A DNA stretch of 58,100 bases, counting the filler, from Sphacelaria rigidula (lineage: Eukaryota), in assembly GCA_964200075.2 (NCBI GenBank). It is 5 parts of 5 records of this genome, joined end to end, with 100 filler letters (N's around TTAATTAATTAA, not from the genome) between each part and the next. Parts side by side here need not be neighbours in the genome. Positions count along the whole stretch, not along the records: positions 23,282 to 34,821 come from CAXNAA020004812.1; positions 34,922 to 46,461 come from CAXNAA020004813.1; 3 more parts are not named here. One strand, 5' to 3'. The notes under the pieces were generated by a model, which was not told where the DNA came from, made no database searches, and worked only from the letters and a program-made list of their open reading frames with translations. Position numbers and translations under genes: made by a program. Shown here in pieces: positions 24,774 through 34,988 of the stretch; positions within the stretch are counted from its first letter, which is position 1; each line of letters begins with the position of its first letter.

Positions 24774-25731
24774 CTGTCATGTATAAGACCCACTGGCAAG
24801 GTCTTCGGAGAGCGTCTTGGGAACGCGAATCCGACCTCCAATTGCACCACCGTGCAATCCTCCTGTACTGGACGCGATCCCAACATCAGCATCTTGCTCA
24901 CAACAAGAAATATCGCAACATGCGTCGTGGTGCAGCAGCCGCTTCATCGATGCCCCTGGACCCACACAGCTCTCACTCCGGCCAGCACTATACACCACCA
25001 GCCCATCTGCACCACGCGGGTATTTGTGTCTTCAGCGACTCAAGTCCAAAGGACTTCGCCGCGGTATCCAGCGCAACATCGATCACACCCACGACGTCCA
25101 CGCACCACTTTGAACCACGCCCTTCGCTGTCACTCTTCTCCCCTTCTTTAGTATTTTTCCCTCCCCTGTTCGCTAGGACTAGCCTCTACGACATTAACAA
25201 AAGCACCGCTTACACTGAACCACGATCGGAGACTATCAGGCGCCGGTGACAATCTACGTCTACTGGAGCTCTAGTATCCCCTTTTGGCTGGCGCTGGATC
25301 TCGTTGGATCACCGATTTCCGTTCTTTTTTTTATCCCGTCCAACATGCGTTGGTCACATGTTACTGATTTTGCCGGTTTCCCTTTGGAATCCCCCAAGTA
25401 GAAGCTCTGCTTCCTGTTGTACCTCCCTGGTTTCCCCCTTCGTTTTGCTAGGATGCCAAAGTAAGTCGTGCTTCTTCGTTGGTCGCTAGCACGCAGAAGC
25501 AGTTTGTGCTCCCGCGTTTCAAAGTAGTTTTTTCTACTCCTCGAAGCAGTTTTTGCTGTCATATTTTTGAGGTGTGAAAGTGGGCACGGGAGTGTTTCAT
25601 GAGACGTGCCTTACTAGCCGTTCATGACTTTACAAGTAAAAAAAACTCACGTTTCGATGCTTTTGAAGATACATCCTCGCAGCTGTAATAAATATTCGTC
25701 TGGGTGGGTTAGTGTCATGAGGAGCATATTA

Positions 25732-26361
25732 TGTTACGGATCGCGGCGTGATGCGGTGGAAGAGGGACAGTACAATGATGGGCCGTTGATTCGGAACGAA
25801 GATACGCGCCCGGAGGGCTGATCGCAGGAACTAGCTAGTACCTGTGGTCAGGGGTGAGGATGTTAAGTAATCCGTCAAGATACGGAATACATAAAAACAT
25901 GCCTCTTACATCTAGTTGAATCCGATTCTTCTAAGAATCGGTGCAACGCTGAGATCACCCTGGTGTTCAGAGAAAAACCTCGAGAGAGATTCTGGCAATA
26001 AACACCACCAAGGAACAAAAGAAATCGAATTACCCGAAGCTGTGAGCGAGGATATCCTGACGATCGACGTGTACTGTACTGCGTTGGACTGTCTCCCCAC
26101 GCGCTGTCAACTGACGATTGTCACAAGATTAACGGTGAGACAGTTGGAGGTCGAATGCAGTAGTAAATAAATGAAATAAACGAACTGGTGCACAAGTGAA
26201 TGGCAGTCAAATAGTAAGTAGAATGAAAGGTTACCCATGAAACAATGAAATTCCGTAATTGTTGACTGAAGTTTTGCTGTTGGCCTAGTTCGAAGATCAG
26301 CCTGCACTGTAGAGTTAAGCAGAGGCTGACAACAACTGGAGACTGCTATTTACCTGTAACA
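25732..26361 (+). repeat. 5' LTR of family B (630 bp)
   Basis: TGTTAC...GTAACA terminal inverted repeat, AATAAA motifs at ~26166-26180, immediately followed by TGG PBS. Confidence 0.82.
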
Positions 26362-26379
26362 TGGCGCTTCCCCACGGGA
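26362..26379 (+). promoter_or_regulatory. Primer-binding site TGGCGCTTCCCCACGGGA
   Basis: Abuts the LTR terminal CA; reverse complement TCCCGTGGGGAAGCGCCA looks like a tRNA 3' end (isotype not determined). Confidence 0.75.
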
Positions 26380-27335
26380 CTATTGTGTTCGATCATATCA
26401 TCTGCGGTGCAACGCAAGCCAGGAGAGGTACATGTTCACTGAGGTATTCGATTTTCTTAATAGTAAAAGAGGGCATCAGGTGACAAAACGAATAATCGGC
26501 CATCGTGATGTACGCTGAGTAATGTGCACTGGGAGCGACGCGCTCATGCTCACGCTTGCGACAACACAAAGGTGATCAAGCGGCGGAGACCGCTATAGTG
26601 GTTTACCCCGCGCTTGGGGGTAAAGTGAAGAAACGCAATCAGTCGAGTCAAAAATAATCAGTGCGCTTGACCATGACGGTACCCCGCAAAAATAACTGCG
26701 AGATACAATGCTGCTCAGGCGGGGATTTACGTGGGTCATGCGTACTGCTGTAATGAGTGGAGCAGGTAAATGCACCGCCCATGACGCACGCCAGTGAGCA
26801 CACACCCACGTAAATAACAGTATGATTTCGGGATATTGTATGTCTACTGAAACCCAATCGATCGGGAAACATGAAGTGACACATGAGCTGAGACTACGAG
26901 ATGAACCGTCTTGAGGTTCATTCGGGTGTGCCCGCGCCGTTTAAAGATGTACGTCCACAACGTTAGCGTAGTGATATTGCTCTCAGCCTGATTGGGAAGG
27001 GAGGTGCAGTTATTACTGCCATGCTTTATGCACGAATCTTGAGGCAGATAAAACGGATGCGCGCTCAAACCAACGATTCGGTAGCACGGAAGGCGGCACA
27101 AAAATGAGATTTTGTCAAGAAGAGTTGATATCAGCGCCGCACCCGCTCCAGGCTTACTACACAACCTGCGCGTAGGAGGCTATGAGCGAGTCCTGTGCGC
27201 GATGTATTTAGGTAAAGTAAAGCGTCAGGCCGCCCACGCATTTCGATCCGATGCTCTTACAAGTTCAGAGTCAGCATCTTCAGCTAGTCCGGATTGAACA
27301 GGAAACGCGGAGTTGATGGCGGAAGGCATAAGTCT

Positions 27336-27700
27336 CCGCCCGTTGTATCCGGTAAATGCAAGCTGCACGCACGATTTTTGACGCGTGACACAGCTAGCAG
27401 GAGCGATGTAGCGCTTTATGCACCCATCACGTTGCACACTGTATTGTTACACGTAAAGCCGCTCAGGTTATATGCAGTATGCCCCACATAATTATCGTCC
27501 GCTAATACGCGATACTGGCACAGGGGGTCGGTGTTACATCAACTGTCGCCAGAAATTGGCACCGCCCGTTGTCTCCTTTAAATGCAACACAGCCGCGCGC
27601 ACGATTTTGATGCGTGATACAGCTGGCAGGAACAACGTAGCGCTGGCGACACCCCTTAACAAGAAATTGTATTGTGGTACGTAAACGCCGCACCGGTTAA
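27336..27700 (+). repeat. ~226-bp-period degenerate direct repeat in the family B leader
   Basis: CCGCCCGTTGT..TAAATGCAA..GCACGATTTT..GCGTGA.ACAGCT.GCAGGA..GTAGCGCT occurs at ~27336 and ~27562. Confidence 0.7.
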
Positions 27701-30678
27701 ATGAATCATGCATCGCCGAACTCTTGTCCGTTAATGCACGACACTGGCCCAAACGGGTCGGTATTACCGAGAACGTCAACAGATTTTAGTGGCAGCGATG
27801 GGGCGAAGAACGCAAACAATCAGGGGGGTATTTACAACGAGCAACTGCTGATGAGAGCTGTTGATTGGGAGTAATAAACGCCGAGCTGTGCGTTACACAC
27901 CAAGCCGATGCTGCTGTTACAACCTCCCGTTTGTTTTAACGGAAATAAAAACCATGCCGCACCTCGCTTCACGCTTGGAGTGACACGAAGGCTACTCCGA
28001 GCAAGAGCCGGATCCAGTGGGTTGTTTTGTTCAGACAGATACCCCATGAGGGTGCCTGGCTCTCATGCAGCTGCACCTATTTCCAAACTCCACCCCACCC
28101 AACAACGGCGGCGCGCTGGATGATAGCCGCAAGATGCAGCTTCTAGGAGCAACGTTGTGTTTACTTTAGCCGTCGTGTTACGATTTAGTGAGATACCTGG
28201 GAATGTGCAATAGAGCTCGAACGAATCAGGAATCAGGGGCAAAGCTGAAACAAGAATGAGGGTATCGTCACCGGTATGGATAAATTATTCCGAAATGAGG
28301 GGTGGTAATATCAAACTGATCTTGTCTGTAGACTACACTGACTATCACAACTACAGTACAGCACAGGCACATAACGCACGGCACTAGATTGTTGTTCGTC
28401 TCATTGAATATAAAAAAGTCCGCATACCCACGAAGTTTCAACAGCAGTGCAGACAGGACTGCGCGCGACTAAGATGGGTTGGTAGGGACGCACACGAAAA
28501 CAGCGTCGCTGCTCATGAAATCCAAAACGGTGTTCGCGATTCGTGAGCGCAATACAACAAAACGGACAGGGAAAGCGTCGACGCCTGAGGGAGCTTGCAA
28601 AGCTTTTCGCTGAGACAGTAGGGAAACAAGAGATGTTCCATGGTGTATTCCTCAGGCTGATTGTGGAGGGGTCTTCAGATCGAAGCCAATGCCAAGTTCA
28701 CATTCCACTATAGCCGCGCTCTTCACATTCACTTGGGCAGGAAGGTTGACATGAGAAGCGAGCTTCACATGCTAATAAATTAAGCAGATCCGGGCCCGGT
28801 ACATCTTCAGTAGGCCGAAATTGTGGTAGCCAAACGGTCAGATCACTGTCAATTTCCTCTACACTTGCATCTGAGGCAAACTGACCATGTACGCAGGACC
28901 ACACCCATGTCATCACATGAGAGTGGAGTGACTGAGCTGTATTGAAACACACTGAAATTCGATACCGCCGCTTCGGTACAGCTGTACAACAAATACCGAA
29001 ACGCATCCAGCAGGCAATCAGGTTTTGGTGACACTACATCAACCGTTCACCACCGCCAGCCATGCTTGAAGGGCCGTGCTTCAAGAAAACTGGTACAAAT
29101 GAGGTAGATAAGGTGGCGCTTACAATTAACGATGCGCGGAGGGTCGAAACGTTTCGGCTATCAACACCCTAAACCTACCACGACCTACCTTAGCGCGTCT
29201 CTATCAAATTATGAATTGCGCCTGCCAACAGACTGAGCGGACAATTGTCATTAACAGGAAGATTGCGAAGTTTTAATAGACGAAACACGGCAGCCCCGGT
29301 CAGGGGGGGCAGGTCATTGATCCGAGAGGTTTACTGGCATGTAAAGCGGATGTAAACCCCTCGCAGTTCCCCTGCTGGACAGCCCGAGAGCTGGGAAGAT
29401 CTGCTCCGATACCAAATGAAAAACAGATCCAACCGTGTAGTTTAGTTATGTTCACAACTTTTAGAAAAGAAACCCAGCAACGATCATCGGTTATAATCTG
29501 CCATATATATGAGGGTTGAGAGGTAAACGTTTCCATTCTACACCGAACGACAGCCGAACGTGAAGCTCCTGTCGCGCGACCCATGGGTAGCGCAACTAGT
29601 CTGCTGGCGCACGTTGTACTAGAGACTAGCGATGCGAACAGTATCTTCTAGAAGGTGTACACCTTTTCGAGTACCAGCTCCACATTATTGAAAGGAAATA
29701 ACACGGGGGATCACGAGTGATCCACCACCAGTCATCAATAATCCAAGAAACGTTCGGGAGTGCCCAATAATTCAAGGAACGGGACCATTTACCCATGTTA
29801 CCCTGGCTGGGGCGAGCAACCCAATACTGTCACGATTAGGCAGCGACGGAAAGCGCTGCGAGACCAGATGCCTGCACGAGGCCACCAGACGGACACTACA
29901 CCATCTCCCGTTGTCCCTCTACTCTGCGTCTATCGACAATCCAATTTCAATGCGGTTTGTTTGTCCGTGCCTGCTACGGCTACCATCCGACAAGGCTGCA
30001 TTTGTCTGGGCAGGGCTTCTGGTCTTGAAGGTCTACGGGTTCCACACATTATTTTGCCGACATGTATCGAACAGAGACCAACCACGTGGTTGGCCGGTGC
30101 TGAGCAACGTAAAAGTAGAATAAAATAAAATAGATTGGGGAATGCGCGTGAGTCCGGAGTATGCGCGCGTCATACAATAGACTCACCCTCGAACAGGCAG
30201 GAAATCACTACACACAGGGAGATGAAGGAGAACGAAGACCCAAGATAACACGACCGTGTGTAGCCGAACAGGTTATAGGAGCCATATTGCCCCCCGCGTG
30301 CCCTTGCAGGTTAACAGGAGACCGGAAATTGAGGATTATTCCCCATGAAAGGGAAATTCGAGCCGAATGCTCACACGAACCTGTCATGTGATCAAATTTG
30401 CTGCCATATTCTTCTGTTTCCCTGTTCCACCCTGTTCGTCTTCCCTCGGTGATGTCCACGCTCACATCACGAAGAGAAACTGATGCTGTCAGTTTACCCC
30501 ATCATGCTTTTTCACCGTTGATGAGTCACGAACCCAACCACATTTCACCGTTTAGGCAGGATTAGGGTACTGCGTCAATAATATTGAAATCCGCTTGACC
30601 GGTTATGATACCTATGGCATATACGTGCAGGTTATCGCTCCAAATACGACATAACCACCGCGAAAACCCGGCGAAATA

Positions 30679-32841
30679 ATGAGTGGAAATCCCCTAAACC
30701 CGCAAGCTCAACCGTTCTACCCAGCTGGATCAGCTCAACAACCTCCAATACAAGCCGCGCAGCAGCAGCTGCCTGTCGTCCATGCTCAACAGCAACCGGC
30801 TATCGCACCCCCTCCGCAACAGTTTGTTGGACCCGCTCAAGAACAGCAAGCTGTCGCACACCCGCAGCAACAGCCTGCTGGACCCGTACAGCAACAGCAG
30901 GCTGCCATACCCCCGCAGCAACAGGTTGCCGGACCTCTTCTGCAGCAGCCAGTTCTACAACAACAACAACAAGGACACCTTGGCCCGATGCACCAGCGTG
31001 TCCCGCTGTCCGTTCCTCCGCCTTCTCAGCCGGCAATGCTAGTCCCTGCGCCCCAGTGGGCCCCTCAAGCACCGGCCGCCGGGAATGTTGCGTATTCCCA
31101 GCTGCCACCCCCGCCGCCATTGCCCCCGCAGCGCCGCTCTAGGTATGTGGTTGCACCGGACCCAATCAGTCTGTATTGCAACCCGTTCTACGGATCCCTA
31201 AATCCTTCAGGTACAACGCCAGCCGCCCAGTCACGAATGGACGGGCTGACGCCGTATGGAACCACACACCCCCGTATTCCCGCACCACCTGCACAGCCAT
31301 TTAACCGCGACGTGTCAGCGGTACTAAGACACATGGAAGCAGTATCTCGTCAGGCAAACACCTTAGCCAGAAACCTAGGCTCCAAGGATGCTGACGCTGT
31401 GGTGTACAAGGGACGATCGGTAGAACACACCGCAGAGTTGACGTACCGCAACTCCGCAGTCTTGTTCCTAAATCATTTTCGTACCACCCTAGCGGCGTAC
31501 GAAGGGGGGGGTTGAAAGGTACCCACTGACGCACATATGACAAGCAAGCCGTTGAAACCCCAAGCGGACCAATACACGGATAGACGCAGAGACCTCTTAA
31601 TGCGGGTGATGTTGCCAACTTCCGCGACATACACAGAGATGACCAGCTGGAGGGAGTCACAGGTTACGGTACTCGGGGTAGCAGGAAATATCATGCGCGC
31701 CCCCTTCGGGGATGTAACCGTCCTAGAGTGGCTCAGGAAACTAGTGATCGAGGAAGCAAGAATGGGCACACGCCATGCGGAAGCTGCACTGGCAAACGTA
31801 AAGCTGATTAAGAACGAGAGTTACGTAGCAGCAGCCCACCGTCTAGTTCTGTTGACCATGGCGGCCACCGTCTCCCCAGCTTCACCACACCTTGCGGAAG
31901 AGGAATATTTTTGGAGAGCGGCTTCAGAAGACCTAGTCTTGCGGTTGTGTGGGATTTTCCATAAGTTGGTAATCCCCAACACGGCAGCACAACTATTATC
32001 GCATACTCTGCTACAGATACCCAACAAGGCCTTGGAGGACGAAGTCCGTTCGATACCATTCAACCACGGAGATCCATGCAACCCCGCTATGAAGAGACGA
32101 GGGCGCGTTACGTACCGCATATATAGTGACTTCGTCTCGGCCATCCAACGTCACTGTGAATGCGCCCGGACGACAGCAGACACGATAAATAGCGCTACCG
32201 CGGCTCTAACCCGCCCCACACACAAGCCTATATATGCGGGGCTAGTGGAGACCAAGAAGCTACTACTGAGGAACGCGGAGGAGGAAGCCCTCGAAGAAGA
32301 CCTCAACTCCGTCGCCGCCTTCAGTAACCAGAAGGCGTCAACGCCACGCGGCGGCACGCCTTTCGGGGCATCCCCGTCGACTCGCGAAACCCGGAAGCGT
32401 CCGCGAGAAGAGTCAGGAAAGCAGAACAAGCGTGTCCGGTTCGACACACGAGGAGGCGCACCAGCGACAGGTTTCATTCCTACCCAAGAGGCACCCAAAG
32501 GGGAGCGAGACGTCGCCATACGTCTCCTGGGCGTGTGCTTCAACCATGCGTATGGGCGAGACTGCAGCAACAACAACACAGGGAGTTGCAAGTTCTCCCA
32601 TGATGAAGACCGCATTCCCTTCGGCTATTACAAGCAGCCGGAACAGTCCCAAGCAAAGCCCAAGACAAGGAAAGATAAACTGATGAGCCTGCAACTAGGT
32701 GACTTATTCGGACTTATCGACAATCAGTACGGGGATAGGGGTTTCGACCACACCCTGGACCAACCAGGAAGTGACGCAGACGAGGACGTCGAGACGGTGG
32801 ACGCGCTGAGCAACCGTTTCGACGCCACAAGCGAGGAATGA
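30679..32841 (+). pseudogene. gag: gag of family B (one internal in-frame TGA at 31513-31515)
   Basis: ORFs 30679-31515 and 31537-32841 share one frame; Q/P-rich N-terminus; C-x8-C-x7-C-x3-H finger; directly upstream of the protease. Confidence 0.75.
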
Positions 32842-34821
32842 AGGTGCGCCCTGGGGCCGCAGTCCCCGGGGGACAACGTAAAGACGGATACCGTAGCAAC
32901 AGTGAAAAGGGTTGATGCACAGCAACTGTGGGTGCAAGCTAGAGTTTGGCACCACAGTAAAAGTAGCCTCGGTTTACCAGTAACGGTGTTACTGGACACC
33001 GGGGCGGGGGGGGGAGCTATGCATCAAAGCGCTGGTGGAAGTCTTTGGTGATTTGGGGGAACATATCAGGCAAACTGCAACGGCAAGGAGCAGGATTCCT
33101 GAGGGCAGCAAATCCTAACGACAGCAGGACACCGCCGATGAAGATTTTAGGGTCGGCGGTAATTCCGATTCGGTTCCACCCAAAGGATAGAATAAGGAAG
33201 GTATGGGTTAGGGTGGTCGATGGATTGCCGTACGGGTTCATATTGGGGGCAAGTTTCTTTAGGAGGAACAAGAGCACACTGTCTTTTGAGGGTCAGTCGG
33301 GGCTCCGACCATCACCGGAGGCCCCGTGGGTGAGATTCGTGTCTAATGGCCCTCCAAAATTCGGAGCCGTTAACACCGACCACCTCACTGGACAAGGGGA
33401 CTCGGCAAGGTGGGAGCTCTTCTGTGCTGTCAAGCCGATAACACTCACCGACGACCCAACGGGCGTATTGTCGGGAGAGAGCGATCTGGCAGCATGGGAT
33501 GAGGTATGGAAGAGCCTTGGAGCGGCGTGGGAAGACGACGCCACACTTCAGTGGCCTCTAAGACTGGCAGAGGACGCGCAATTGGAAGGCTTCGTTAGCG
33601 AGCTAGTCCCAGGCTACGTGCGAGGTCCTCAACCGCAGGAACGCCAACTCGTGTTGATCGAACCTCGAAAGTTGTTCGATTTGGATGAGGAAGCTGAAAT
33701 GGGGGTAGCTAGGGGAGTACAATGGTGGGACCCACAGCTACCGTTGGTATGTAAGGTGGTCAACACGGCCAAGAGTGCTCGCCTGTTGAAGAAGGGTATT
33801 ATAGTGGCGAAAGTTGTGGCCGTGAATGTCCGAGATCGCGAGCGGTTGCAGAATCTGTACGTGTCCGACTCGGGCACCACGCTCAAGTCGAAGCTGGAGG
33901 CGCGAAGGACTGTGCCAGCCCCTCCTCATCCGCCGCCGGAACCGCAGGAAGGGGAGAAGAAGAACACAACTGAAGCCATAGCAGTAGATCTCACGGAAGC
34001 GAACATGGGTCAGTTGGGTCCGACGCAGAAGACACAACTGTTGTCCATCTTGGGAGACTTCAACGAAACAGGACTTTTTGCGGTGGACCCCAAGAAAGTG
34101 AAAGCAGCGCGTGGGGAACCGTTGCGTCTACGACTAAAAGATCCCCGATGCAAGCCATTCGCTGCCGGTACCAGGCGGTACTCACCAGAACAAGCCACCG
34201 CCATACAAGACGAAGTTCAGAAACTCGCGGAGCGGGGGGTCATCGAGCCGTTGACGTCCGCATGGGCAGCTGCTTGCGTCACGGTGCGGAAGAAGGACGG
34301 TAGCTCACGGTTGTGTCAAGATTATCGTGGACTAAACGAACTCCTCGAGTCGCATAGCGGTGGTTTGGGAGATATGCAGACCATGTACAGTGGCCTGGCG
34401 GGATCCAAGTACTTTACGAGTGTGGACTTGGCGAGCGGATTTTTCCAGTTGGACGTGGCGAAGGAGGACCGACACCTCACCGCCTTTCGCGACGCACGGG
34501 GACACTCATGGCAATATCAGCGTTGTGGATTCGGACTTAAGGTATTACCAGCGGCATTTCACCGAACAGTATCCGAAGCATTGTTGCCAGCACAGGGAGT
34601 CAAGAATTGGTTGGATGATATCTTGTGGCCTAGCGCGACTTTCGTCGGCCACATGACGGGATTGAGAGTTGTGCTCTATTGCCTACTGCAAGCAGGCCTC
34701 ACTGTGAATTTCCAGAAATCACAGTGGTGCACCCAGCAACAGGACTTCGTGGGGATGACGATCGACGCGTCGGGAATACGACCTTCTCAGTCTAAGATCG
34801 AGGCGATCGCCCAGCTGAGGG
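32842..34821 (+). CDS. pol: pol of family B: protease + RT (truncated; frameshift in G-run at ~33006-33014)
   Basis: VLLDTGAGGG, FILGASF, VRKKDG..LCQDYRGLN, VDLASGFFQ, CGFGLK, WLDDIL. Confidence 0.9.
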
Positions 34822-34921
34822 NNNNNNNNNNNNNNNNNNNNNNNNNNNNNNNNNNNNNNNNNNNNTTAATTAATTAANNNNNNNNNNNNNNNNNNNNNNN
34901 NNNNNNNNNNNNNNNNNNNNN
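34822..34921. other. Artificial contig linker
   Basis: N-TTAATTAATTAA-N, 100 bp. Confidence 0.98.
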
Positions 34922-34988
34922 CCCCCTTCTCTATCCAACTCCCGCTTCTCCCCCGTCATCCTGCATCTCACCAATCCCCCCCTCTCAC

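Larger units (their letters stand above)
23344..25731 (+). mobile_element. Gypsy family A copy 2 (3' part: integrase, 3' UTR, first 19 bp of LTR)
   Basis: Colinear with 6477-8769; contains two more MITEs and a ~205-bp deletion at ~24941. Confidence 0.9.
25732..34821 (+). mobile_element. Ty3/Gypsy LTR retrotransposon family B (3' end off contig)
   Basis: LTR, PBS, long leader, gag, protease and RT in order on the + strand; linkage of the LTR to gag across 4.3 kb is inferred. Confidence 0.75.

Noticed and set aside
31513..31515. Second readthrough site in gag B
   Set aside because: No evident downstream structure; a TGG-to-TGA decay mutation is more parsimonious
33001..33020. Programmed -1 frameshift in pol B
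   Set aside because: The shift lies in a G homopolymer just after the DTG active site; a one-base loss by mutation or sequencing error is simpler
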